64,000 nt of DNA from Eledone cirrhosa (lineage: Eukaryota), in NCBI GenBank assembly GCA_964016885.1, contig OZ024745.1, positions 117,118,001-117,182,000 on the forward strand. The letters run 5' to 3'. Made by a program: the position numbers and the translations under genes. The notes beneath the pieces are model-generated. The model was not told the DNA's origin. It did not search any database and saw only the letters and a program-made list of their open reading frames with translations. Shown here piece by piece: positions 26,034 to 37,995 of this stretch (the stretch's first letter is position 1; each line of letters opens with the position of its first letter).

Positions 26034-27119
26034 GTAATAATTCATATAAAAGTTTATCACTGTTTCATGAGCTTTTTTGATATAAGAATTTTTCATTACT
26101 AAAATATTTAGACGTTTTAAAAAATGTGAATTGTTTTTCTTTGCCCAACACTTTTTCCTCCTTGTGAATAGTAATCTTTCAATGCAGCAATGAAAATGTG
26201 AAAATGTTTGGTTTGATTATTCCACAAAAAGGTGTTTCCTGAAATATAAACTTGCATGTGCATGATATGATTAATAATGTTTGCTATTCCCTTGTAGAAA
26301 TAGTCCACTCTCCAATAAATCACCACCATGTAGCTGAATGTTTAGTGACATAGCTTAGTACACATTTCCTCCATTCACAATTGTCTTTCTTATTGAACAA
26401 AACAATTTACCTTCACTTTCACATTGGACTGCACAAGATTACCAATGCTTTATTTCAGTTTCCGACAATTTATTTGTCACTTAAACTGCCAACTATTGAC
26501 ATTGTTAAATTCAAGCTGGATCGCAAACACAAGCTGAAAAAGAAAACTCTGCACATTTTTCTACCATTCTTCTTATATTTAAAACAGAATTGTTAACTTT
26601 GACTTGATTTATATTTTGTCAGTTTGTTTTGTTGATCTTTCTTATCCACATGCACACACACACCTCACAAACGCCACACACATGCACAATATATATTTTC
26701 AGAACCTCCTCCACTACTAATTAGGTCACTCAGGTAACAGAAAATATCAACCACTTCTATGCAATATTCTCTGGATTGGAAAAATCAGTATTTTACTGGT
26801 GCTCTTAATATCAACTATTCCTGTTTGTCACATACAAAGACTATATTTTCTGTTAGCTTACCTGCTGTCCCACTACACCTAGTCAGTACCAATTGTGTAT
26901 ATCATATATAATGCCTATCTACTCTTTTGCTACTTATTGAGCATGGCTACTTCCCTGGTGCTATCATTCTTGTCCTCTTTCATACTTAGCTATAGTTTTC
27001 GTCTTTGCTAAGTTTACTCTGAGTTTTTTTTCCACTACAGAAATTCCTTCTAGCTCTTCCACAGATTCTGCTTTACGAGTTAGGTTGTCAGCATATAGAA
27101 GTTTGCACTGACACCCAGT

Positions 27120-27610
27120 CTTATACTGCCTAGAGAACTATAAGTGAGCTGAGGACAAAGCACTGGTGAATACCTAACTGCACATTGAATTCCTCACTAA
27201 GGTCATTACCTACTCTCACTTTACTGACAGCACCAAAGTACATGGCTTATACTGTTCTCACAAGCCACTCAACTAGACCCAGAACATGGTTCTCTATCAA
27301 AAGCCTTCTCCAAATCAACCAGAACTAGGTATAGTGGTTTATACTTAGCTCAGAACTTCTCTTGTAGTTGTCTCACTGAGAATAAGGCATTTGTGGCGTT
27401 CCTTCCTGACACATAGCAAAACAGCATCTTATCTAATTTGACTCTTTCCGTAATTTATGCAAAGACTTTCCATCAATTTCATAACTTTATACATTAGTCT
27501 TATGCCTCTGTAGTTGGTCCTTTCTAAAGCATCACCTTTTCTATTGTAATAATTACTGATTATACTGCTACACCAGTCATTGGTATGACTGATTGACTAT
27601 GCAAGTGTGT
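27120..27610 (-). mobile_element. Degraded RTE RT fragment
   Basis: Minus remnants VRQLQEK..KYKPLYL..DLEKAFD. Confidence 0.6.
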
Positions 27611-27751
27611 ATGACTTTGGCAGCAATCTTGGTTAAACTAGGCTTTGTTGTTGAGGTCAGAATTGCCACTGAACTCTTAAAGATTTCATTCACTCCATAT
27701 TTAATTCAGTTTAATTAAAATTTCTCTATAGGTGATGATTTTACTATAGGT

Positions 27752-27995
27752 CTTCTTCTTTGCCCACTTATTCCAGAGAAGGTCGTGGGGGCACAGTCCT
27801 CAAACACTGCTTCCAGTGGGTCCTGTCAGAAGCAAATGTTTCCAACTGATCTGAATGGATCCCTAAGTGTGACCAGCCAAGCTCATAGATGTTATCCAAC
27901 CATCTTGCTCGGGGTCTACCTCTGGGTCTCCTGTCAGTTGGTTTTGCCTGTAAAATCTGTCCGGTGATTCATTCCTGAGACATTCTAACCACATG
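27752..27995 (-). mobile_element. 3' fragment of a second RTE (Expander/Rex3-like) family
   Basis: Colinear with 36270-36510 and 55020-55170. Confidence 0.7.
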
Positions 27996-28833
27996 ACAAT
28001 TTGATTGATTAAAATTGTTTGACTTACTACATAAAGTGCCCACTTCACTGTTGTTTTAAATTAGTATTCTAATAAATAAATTTCTCTGATGTTTCACTGT
28101 ATCATATAAATGTTGAAAGAAATTTCTTCTTTTAGCATGGTTAGCCAATATTGTGGCAGACAAAATGCAGTTTCATGCTATTATCAATGTCTCATGCTTC
28201 ACCCTACTTTGGATTACTTATGGAATTCAAATAGTGAAATATTTAAAACTAACCTATTTTATTTAATAAGCATCTTAATTAAAATTTAAGTCATTAAGTT
28301 ATGACATTATTATACAACATAGGTTAGTATATATATATTTCCAATTAAATTTAGCAAATTTCTTGTATATTCAGTTCCAAAGAGGATTTTGACATAGTGG
28401 ACATGGGCAATACTAGCCTTAGTTTGAATCCAGCCCAGTATTGTCTACATAACAATATGACTCATAATAATGATTAGATTAAATATCTTTTTAATGTTTC
28501 ATCTCTGCATTAGAAATCAATTATATAAAACATATTCTCAGTAAAAATGTCTCGCATAGATATGGTTTTAGATTGATAATGAACATATAACCTGCTGCAT
28601 TATTGCGATACTTTTGTTAATTGTTTTCTTGTGTTTATAAAACTTGAAATTATTGAAAGCAGTAAAAATAACCATACGTGCATGAACCATCTTCAATATA
28701 TTGTTTTTACTTATATTCTAGTGTATCAAAAACATAATCAAAGAATGTAAGATGGGTATGCAATAAATATTCATCAATGAGAATATCTTTTCAATCTAAT
28801 CAAAAATTTCCCTTCTTTTCACGCTCTTATCAG

Positions 28834-28851
28834 GATGATGCTGTTGCAAAA
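28834..28851 (+). CDS. SH3GLB1: Candidate 18-nt microexon of endophilin-B (DDAVAK)
   Basis: ctaat branch-like site, tttcccttcttttcacgctcttatcag acceptor, consensus gtaagt donor. Phase 0-0, at the position where vertebrate endophilin-B1 has neural inserts. Confidence 0.72.
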
Positions 28852-29496
28852 GTAAGTTTTAAACTATATGACAAACCATATGTAAATGGTGATGGTTTTC
28901 ATTTGGTCTTTGTCACTGTATGGTTGGTGTTGTTCTAAAGTTTTTATTTGTATTTTTAATTTGTTTATTTTTTATTCATATTATTTATTTACATTTGGCT
29001 TTATCATAACTATTTCAATTCTTAAATGTTATGGGCAATTTCACAAAAAGGCATGACCAGTTTTGAATTATTTGTATTGAAAAGGTAAACTGAACTCCAG
29101 TGAAACCCAGCTTGTTTCCTATAAAATTACCTTTGTTTCTTAATAGCTTTTTTTTTTTTTCATTTTGTTAATTTATAACTTCAGTTATAAAATATTTTTT
29201 AAATAAGTATTTTATCTTACATAGCAATCAATACCTATTGGAGGATTTCATAATGTCTGCCACAAATTTTCTATAAGCTAAAATTGTGCTTACAACAATA
29301 TACATTTAGTTATCATTTAGTTATTTTTTTTTATTCAAATTTACTTTACAAAATCATATCTGAAATTATCAGTTATCTTATTTTATAATCTAACTTTACA
29401 GAATCATTTCAAAAATTTTTTTTATGTAATCAAACTGCTTAAATCTTTGATCTATTTAACTATCAAAATATTACCTTTTTACTTTTTATCATTTTC

Positions 29497-29625
29497 TGCC
29501 GAGGTTAACTTTGCCTTTCATCCTTAAGGGGTCGATAAAATAAAGTACCAGGCAGGCGCTGGGGTCGATTTAATCGACTTTCCCTTCCCCCCAAATTGCT
29601 GACCTTGTGCCTATTTAAGAAACCA
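29497..29625 (+). mobile_element. 5'-truncated family A SINE (variant with extra ggggtcgatttaatcgac segment)
   Basis: gcctttcatccttaaggggtcgataaaataaagtacc; flanking atcattttc duplication. Confidence 0.8.
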
Positions 29626-30297
29626 TCATTTTCCAATGGATAATGGAAATATTTCGATTTTGTTTATTCAGCTTAATTTTTATATTCTCATAAAAAATTA
29701 TTTCTTAGTGTTAATCCTTCAGAATTTCATATCAATCAACCAAAATAATTTTTATATAGTAGATCTGAAGTCCGTGGAAACTGGTGATGATCTGATGGTC
29801 TGCATTAGCAAAAGTTAATCCATTATCTACAAACTTTTTATAGTCTATATATGAAATCATACAAAACACTCCATTTACTATTGATATTTACTGTTATTGT
29901 CTGCATGCTTTTAAAAAATAAATCCTTATTCCATTTGCTGTGATTCTTTTCATTTAAATATTGCTTGTCGCTGATTTTTATTTCCAATTTTGTATTGCAG
30001 TATAACTATCAATGTTTGAAACATGTTCTCTATATTTTCAATCATTACATAATCAACTAGACTTAGGATTGACAAAGCTGTGCTTAAGATATTTTTAGTT
30101 TTTCATTCAAGGGTGCTTGGTGCTTTGGTATATAGGCTGTAAAATGTGTGGATAACTTGATAAAAAAAAGATTCTTAATCATTTAGCATTCATATGCCGT
30201 CTAACCCATGCTAGCATGGAAGAATAGACGTAAAACGGTGATGATTACTAAGGATTTGGGTGTTTTAGATACTTTGATGCATTCATATTGAAATAAT

Positions 30298-30475
30298 TGT
30301 TTCTACTATTGGCACAAGGCCAACAATTACCCAGTACATTACTGGTACTTTATTTTATCGACCCCGTAAGGATGAAAGGCGTAACCTCGGCGGGATTTGA
30401 ACTCAGAATGGCAAGGGCCGTAACTGTATGCGTCAAAGCATGGCGTCCGACCTTCTACCAATACTGCCAATCCAC
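30298..30475 (-). mobile_element. Family A SINE
   Basis: Reverse complement of the 14445 and 49306 copies; attgaaataat duplicated at both flanks. Confidence 0.85.
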
Positions 30476-30744
30476 ATTGAAATAATGATATTAAAGTATG
30501 AAATGATGTGATTAGGTAGGCAGTTTCCTATTACCAAAAGTAATAGATGAAGTGATCAGAATTGGCCAGTTTGAATATTGCTTTCTTTAGACATCAACAC
30601 TAAAGGATCTAAAATATTTGACTGAACTTTTGTTAAATAATAAAACTCAGTTGGACTAGTAATTAACTTTTTCAGAAGGTAATAAAAGTAATACAAATAT
30701 TTCTCCAAAAGTGTATCTCTAATCTTCTTATTATATGACATATG

Positions 30745-31430
30745 CACAATGAGGGACAGATTGAGTTTGGTGAGCCAAACTAAGGCATCATTTGTAGTAT
30801 TATGGATTGCTTCTAGATCACTGGGAAACATCTGAAGGGGCAAACCTGAACAACATGCAGCACTATCAGTCAGGGAGCCCACGGTCACATGCAGCACTGT
30901 CAGTCAGGGACCCCATGGTCACATACTGGGCTGTCTAGTCAGGGACCCCATGGTCACATACTGAGCTGTCTGGTCAGGGACCCCACAGTCACATACTGAG
31001 CTGTCTAGTCAGGGACCCCACAGTCACATACTGAGCTGTCTAGTCAGGGACCCCAGTCACATACTGAGCTGTCTAGTCAGGGACCCCACAGTCACATACT
31101 GAGCTGTCTAGTCAGGGACCCCACAGTCACATACTGAGCTGTCTAGTCAGGCACCCCACAGTCACATACTGAGCTGTCTAGTCAGGCACCCCACAGTCAT
31201 ACTGGACTGTCTAGTCAGGGACCCCCACGGTCACATACCGGGCTGTCTTTCATTTTCCATTGATGATGATGGACTGTCTTGTCATGTGTTGTGCAGATCT
31301 GATTAAGGGACACTCCTGGCTTTCTAGGAAGGTCAAAGCCAGCTGGTTTAAATGTGGGGTCCTGGATGAGGTTTTGTTGACAAATTTGGACTCCTTCCAT
31401 GATCTTCGCCACTCTTCCTTCAGATCAAAG
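30745..31430 (-). mobile_element. Vingi/Ingi-like LINE 3' fragment with internal 35-bp minisatellite
   Basis: Minus peptides PAGFDLPRK..VSLNQI..WKMKDSPVCD and FPSDLEAIHNTTNDALVWLTKLNLSL. Clade call is from memory of these C-termini. Confidence 0.65.
30867..31246. repeat. 35-bp tandem repeat, ~11 copies
   Basis: Unit agtcagggaccccacagtcacatactgagctgtct. Confidence 0.93.
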
Positions 31431-32315
31431 TTATATATATGCAAAGTTGATATATGCACATGTTTCTAATATCAAGAATTTTAAAATGATTGAGCTTTTG
31501 AATTTTATTTTCTTGCCAATTGGTGGTGGCATATATTTTTTTCAATCATTGTAAGCTTTGTGTTTGTGGATGATATTTTTTTTGCATCATTTGTATTTGC
31601 ACTGCAATGCTGTTTCACTGTTTAAGTTACCAATTCATTTTGATGTGCTAAATTTAGTTGAATTTTTAAGAGAGCTTCAAATGACAGTTTGCTTTCTATG
31701 TAAAAATCATGTCAAAATGATTTCATTGTTATTAACTTAATATTATTTTTATAATTTTATCTAAAGTAAATATGAAATCAAAAGTATTTAAGAAATGAAT
31801 ATGTAAAAATGTTTACTAGTAGACTAACAATACTAGTGTAAAATCTGTTCACAAAGAAATAGTTTTATCTAAATTTCTAGTGTGACTGAAAACATTAGAA
31901 TTGGTAATATACTTCATAATATACTTCAATTATTTCTAGGACTACTAGAATATATTGCAGATGACAATTTCAGTGCATAAAAGATAGCAATATTCTATTA
32001 TATAGGATATAATATTCCATTATATCCTATATCAAACTATAAATTAATTGAAGAACATTGACAATACTTATTGACAAATTTCAAAATCTGGTGAAATAAA
32101 ATATTTTACTTTAATATGTTATTGAATTATTGTCATTATAGTGTCATGCTAATTTTTCTTATTCTCTAATATTTTGTTTGTGTATGAAGTATGTGATATT
32201 TAAAAACATTTAGTGTATATGTGTGGACACCTACTTATTATTTTTTTAACAATTTATAAGCATTTACTTATGTCATTTAGAGTTGCTAATAATATTTATC
32301 TTTTCTTTTTTCCAG

Positions 32316-32405
32316 GCGGAAGCTGATTTGAGAGTAGCTCAATCTGAGTTTGACCGCCAGGCAGAAATTACCAAGCTCTTACTAGAGGGAATTAGCAGTA
32401 CACAT
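32316..32405 (+). CDS. SH3GLB1: Endophilin-B internal exon, 90 nt, phase 0-0
   Basis: Acceptor ttttcttttttccag, donor gtatgt. AEADLRVAQSEFDRQAEITKLLLEGISSTH is nearly identical to endophilin-B1 QSEFDRQAEITRLLLEGISSTH. Confidence 0.97.
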
Positions 32406-32889
32406 GTATGTATCAACTGTTCTATATTTATTGCTTTTGACATATAAAACATTAGGATATTTTATCTCATCTTTAAAGCATTATTTTCTCCTTATTAAGA
32501 AATGTTGAAATTTATGAATTGTATATAGAGAGGGTTACATTAGGAATCTGTTAGTTCCATAATAGATATTTCAAATCATTTGTAAATGATTTTAGAGAAT
32601 AGTTTTTATAAGAACAGCATGTATATTTATCTTTAATAAACCCGCATGCATGTTTTTTTTTTTTTCTTTTTTTTTTAGCTTTACTAGAAGCCAAAACATT
32701 AGGGTTTTGGGGGTTTTTTTTCTCTCATTTAAAATCTAAAAATTACACAAGCTATGGATAACTCAAAATAATGATTGTTTTGAAGTTTCTGTTTAACTAT
32801 CAATTTTATTTTACAATATAAATGACAATAAGGGAACAGGAAAAAATAAAATGAGCAACAAAAGAAAGGGGGAAGGGAGGGAGCGACAG

Positions 32890-33900
32890 ACTACACCCCC
32901 AGTCTGTGCAGTATGTCTCAGCTGAGCCCCACAGATGAAATGGTGAAGGCATTGCCATAGAGAATGGCCAGCAATAGCCACCTCACCTCAAGAGGTCTCA
33001 ATGGTAACCAGTGCCAAAAGGAAGCATTTGAAGCCCCCAATAGTTGTTTATCTTCCTCTACTCTGCATTGCAGATGGCAGCATCCAGGTTTGTGGCTGAA
33101 GGAACAAGGCTGGAGGCAAAGAACCGATCACAACACGTGACATCCAGATTAAAGATTTACCTTCCTAGAACGTGAAGAGTTATCTCATCATAGTGCTGAG
33201 CAGCCAGCTCCAGTTGTGACAGGAGGTCACATCAAGGTTCCTTCTGATTGTCATTCAAACTGCCAAGAGAACTAACCTGTGCTAGATGGCAGGACAGCAG
33301 ATACAGACCAAATTCATCAACAAAGGCTCCACAACAGCATTTGTGTGGTTCACATACTTGGAGGCCAAGGCACTGTGCCACTCCAATGTAAGTGCACTCT
33401 TCAAGAAGGGTACTGGTTGAAGAGGGCACTAAATTAAGCCATGTGCCTCTGTGAGACGGGACAGAGGCAGGTGCAACAACATTGGTCCAAGGAAGACTCA
33501 ATCCACCTGAAGGTTGATCTGTACTTAATATCATCCCAGTTGTGAGACATCTGTATACTGGGGACAGTGAGGTTAGCCAGAGCTAACTCCAGTTCCTGGG
33601 CCATGTTGGGTTCTGTCATATTGCAAAGGATCTCACTGATGAGGGTGCAGCTGGAGAAGATTGAGGATAGGTAGGCTGGCAGTGTCAGGCCAAGGCCACA
33701 ACATTTTATGGAGTCTCACCTGTTGCCAGCCGACACTGTCAAAATTAACGTTGCAGATGAGTTGGCACAGCATCAGATGGTGGCATCAAGTTTTATGAAG
33801 CAATCCACATGAGGGTGACAAGATGCACTGCACAGCATGAAGAGGAGGTTTGGGAGGTCTAAGCAATTCCTCAGAAGAAAGTGTTGGATGTGCGTCAATG
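32890..33900 (-). mobile_element. CRE-clade-like non-LTR remnant (zinc knuckle + restriction-like endonuclease region)
   Basis: Minus WLNLVPSS..IGVAQCLGLQVCEPHKCCCGAFVDEFGLYLLSC, then a degenerate GKSLIW/DVTCVD motif at ~33128-33160. Confidence 0.65.
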
Positions 33901-34141
33901 AAGCACAATCCCTCTTGTTTTTATTTATGGGTGCATTTAAAGTTTGCTTATAAATGACCCCAAAACAAAGAATGGCTTCAAAGTTTTACTACCAATAAAA
34001 GAATCAACTAATTTTTATAATCTGGTAAAGGAAATTTCCTACTCCAAAGAATGTATAAAACAAATGTTATTCCAATGACTTTAAAAATCATATTTATATT
34101 TTGAAATGCTTACTATATCAAAGTAAAATTGAATGAATATA

Positions 34142-35423
34142 TTGGGTTGTCAAGAAAGTAATTTATTTTTTCGCAAATAGTTACGATTTTTTTAATGACT
34201 TTTGTCAATGTTATGATTTTTTTCCTTTTAACATTTGATAGCCGTTACTTTTAGCTTACTTCAGAAGCAAATTGCGCGCAATTTTGTTTACAGCTGTTAG
34301 TTCAGTGCCAATTTTAACATGGAATGCAAAAACGAACATTTTCGCCTTATTTGGCTTTTTTATTTCCATAAAGGCAAGAAGGCTGCTAAGGCTCACAAAG
34401 AGATATGTGAAGTTTATGGTGTTGATTGCTTAACAGAATGCACATATCAGAAATGGTTTTAAAAATTCCGTTCTGGAGATTTTTCACTCAAAGATGACCA
34501 ACATTCCGGTCAATCTACTGAAGTTGATGATGACCGAATCAAAGCCATAATTGAATCTGATTGTCGTATAACTGTGCGAGAAGTTGCAGAGCGGTTAAAT
34601 GTATCACACACAACAATTGAAAACCACTTAAAATGTCTTGGACTCGTTAAGAAGCTCGATATTTGGGTTCCACATAAATTGAAAGAGATTCACTTAACAC
34701 AACAAATCATTATTTGCGATGTGCATCTCAAACGCAATGAAATTGACCATTTTTTTAAACAAATAATCTCTAGTGATGAAAAATGGATTGTCTACAATAA
34801 CATCAATCGAAAATGATCACGGTCCAAGCATAATGAACCAGCACAAACCACATCGAGAGCGGAATTGCATCAAATAAAGGTCATGCTGTCAGTTTGGTGG
34901 GATTACAAAGGTGTTGTGTATTTTGAGCTGCTTCCAAGGAACCAAATGATCAATTCAGATGTTTACTGTCAACAACTAATGAAACTGGAGGAAGCAATCA
35001 AAGAAAAATGACCAGAATTGGCAAATCGTAAAGGTATCGTGTTCCACCATGACAACGCTAGACTACATACGTCTTTGATAACTCGTGAAAAGTTATTGGA
35101 GCTTGGTTTGGAAGTGATGTTACATCCACCATATAGCCTTGACCTTGCACCATCAGATTACCATTTATTTAGAAGTTTGTAAAATTCTTTGAATGGTAAA
35201 ACTTTCAATAATGATGATGACCTGAAATCGCACTTGCTTCAGTTCTTCGCTGATAAGGACCAGAAATTCTATGAGCGCAGAATCATGAAGTTACCAGAAA
35301 GATGGCAAAAGGTCATCGAACAAAATGGAAAATATATAATTGATTAAAGTTCATTCGTTGTATGAAAATAAATGATTTTTATTTCACACTAAAAAAACCG
35401 AAATTACTTTCTTGCCAACCCAA
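34142..35423 (+). mobile_element. Full-length mariner (Tc1/mariner DD34D) transposon, inactive
   Basis: TIRs ttgggttg(t/g)caagaaagtaattt, TA TSD, 1282 bp. Confidence 0.95.
34319..35347 (+). pseudogene. Mariner transposase pseudogene (343 codons, in-frame stops)
   Basis: MECKNEHFR.., WVPHKL, SDEKW, HHDNA, HPPYSLDLAPSDY; at least four internal stops and no net frameshift. Confidence 0.92.
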
Positions 35424-35435
35424 TATATATATGTA

Positions 35436-35665
35436 TCATTAACATCATCGTTTAACATCCATTTTCCACGCTAACATGGGTAGGACGGGCATTCTCTTTG
35501 TGAGAGATCAGGTCAGAGGACCTTGATTCACATACACACAACTGATTTTGGCTTGTTTTCTACAGCTGGATGCCCTTCCTAATGCCAACCACATTTATAG
35601 TGTGTGCTGGGTGCTTATTGTCATGACACCTACCTGACCACTTTACTGTGTCGGCTGGACGTTTT
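35436..35665 (-). mobile_element. RTE-tail short element
   Basis: catcatcgtttaacatccattttccacgctaacatggg plus gctggatgcccttcctaatgccaacc. Confidence 0.75.
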
Positions 35666-35685
35666 TTATAATATAAATCTAACTA

Positions 35686-36119
35686 CCGATTATACTCGTA
35701 TATAAACCAAGAAATATGTGATCAAAAATCAACGGTAAAATGGCAAGTGGAATTATGTTTGAGGTTAATATTTCTCACCAACTTGAAATTCTACATAAAT
35801 CAGGCGCTAAAATAGTTTCGCTTTGGAGGTGAATATTACGCTGGTGAAATTTGTTCTTTCTTTTGGCCTTCAAAATGGGTGAAAATTAGTAGTTGTGAAA
35901 CAAAATCTATACTCTAAATGACACTTAGAACATTTTAGATATCAAACTATTAAGTTTCATAAATATGTTCTCCACTCATGAGAATCTCAAGACCATGCCA
36001 CCTAAATGTGTTGATTAGCTGTGTCAACTTATACATGAGGTTTGAATTTTTGTTCATTTCTCAGACATAAAATAGGAGTCGGCTTATATTCGGATTGGCT
36101 TATGTTCGAGAATGTATGG
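35686..36119. mobile_element. pogo/Tigger-like MITE (degenerate TIRs)
   Basis: ta|ccgattatactcgtatataaacc ... ggcttatgttcgagaatgtatgg|ta. Confidence 0.6.
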
Positions 36120-36269
36120 TAAATTTTATTTAAGGTTATGACTTCTTCAGCATCTTTAAAAGCGTATTTTTAAATATCTTTTATTAACAAAAGTTTAACA
36201 AGATATATCAAAGCATAAATTTTGTATTACTTTAAATAAACTTGGATAGAATTAATTTAATATCTGATT

Positions 36270-37995
36270 TTCTTTCCCTACTTCTCTACTTATTCCTGAG
36301 AGGATCATGGGGGCAGAGTTCTCAAACATTCCTTCCAGTGTGCCCTGTCAGAAGCAACTGACTCTAATTAATCCATCCCCAGATGAGATCAGCCAAGCTC
36401 GTGGATGTTATCCAACCATCTTGCTCAGGGTCTACCCCTGGGTATCTTGCAGATTCGTTTTGCCCGTAAAATCTGTCCAGCAATTCTTTCATAAGACATT
36501 TTAACCACATGCCCATAATATCGGAGCTGTGATCTCTCAATTAGAAGTAGCGACTCTACCTGGAGTGACTTTCTAATCTCCAAGCTACGCACTCTATCAA
36601 GTAACATTACTCCAAAGACCATTTGGAGGAACACTATTTTGGCCTTTTGTATTCGCATATTTGCAATGATATTATTTTGTCATTACCCAAGATTTATAGT
36701 TAAGGGTTTGCACAAATACCAAATAAAAAAAATAATGAATTTGGCTTTTACACCTTCTGATTAGTGCACCAGCTCCTGCAATTCTTGCACTTAATTCAGC
36801 CTCCTGCCTTCCATCACTCATGAACATGGCCCTGAGATACTTGAACTTCTCCACCTGCTTCAGTGAAACTACACTCATATGTAAGGATTGTCACTCTTGA
36901 TTGCATTGCTTAGGTGCCTTTCCAAAGATCCAGGCCACTCAGCACACACGAGTCGCCGTCTTTAAGGCTTTTAACATCTCAGGCTGAATGTTATCCTCCC
37001 CAGCGGCCTTGCCACAGTTGGGCCCTTTAATTGCTCTTGCGACCTCAGCCTCTGAGAGATTAGTCATTGTCCCCAGATACACTTCATGTACATCAGAAGG
37101 TGTTGTAATCTGGGTTAATATATCAGTAATGTATTCTCTCCACCTTGCAAGGATGTACCTCTCTAAAGAGGGTAGAACCCCAGACATGTTCCTGATAGCA
37201 GGTGTGAGGGAGGACTTCTTATTACAAAATCGGTGGTTAGTCTGCCAAAACACTTTATTTGTTGATCTGAAGTTGGATTTAAGCTTATCCCCAAAATCCT
37301 GCCATGTCTTAACTTTGGATACCTTTACTGTCTCTGCTGCAACTTGTCATGTCTCCTTGTACTGCAAGTGCAAGAAAGAGGACTTGTTCCCAAGCCAAAC
37401 TTTGTAGGCTTCCTTTGCTCAAATGGCATCTTCAACGTATTTATTGAACTAAAGGGTCCTCTAGCCATCTGGCATCACACCAAGCCTCTTTTGTCCATAA
37501 CTGCTGAGCTGAACAAACTCCTTTCTTCTCAACATTCCCAGTTTGTTTAGAGAGTTCTCTGAATTAGGATGAAATACTTTCTGCATACCTGTTCTTGATT
37601 TCCTTATCCACCAACACTTCCCACTTTACCCTGTAAGTTGACCTGGATCTACCAGTTTTGTGGGGTTCTTTAACTTTAGGTAGTCTCAAGTTGCAGGTAA
37701 CTAGATGGTGATCATTTGACAGCTCAGCCCCTCTTAACACAAAGATCCAGTACAGAATCAAAGAGATCTGAGACAATAACAAAATCAATTATTGATCTCT
37801 GTCCTTGGTTCCCCTTATGCGATGTATATTTATAGATGTCTCTGTGCTGGAAGGTGTTCATAATAGTTCATTGCTAGAACAGAAGTCACAGAAGGCCTCT
37901 TCATTCATATTTTGATCGGGATTGCTATTCTTTCCAATCACTCCTTTCCATGTCAGGTGGTGACAAAATATGCATTGAAGTCTCTAATTAGGATA
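36270..37995 (-). mobile_element. Internally deleted RTE (Expander/Rex3-like) LINE
   Basis: Minus peptides RGAELSNDHHLVTCNL, GKAAGEDNIQPEMLKAL, QVEKFKYL, LLIERSQLRYYGHVVKM. Confidence 0.85.
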
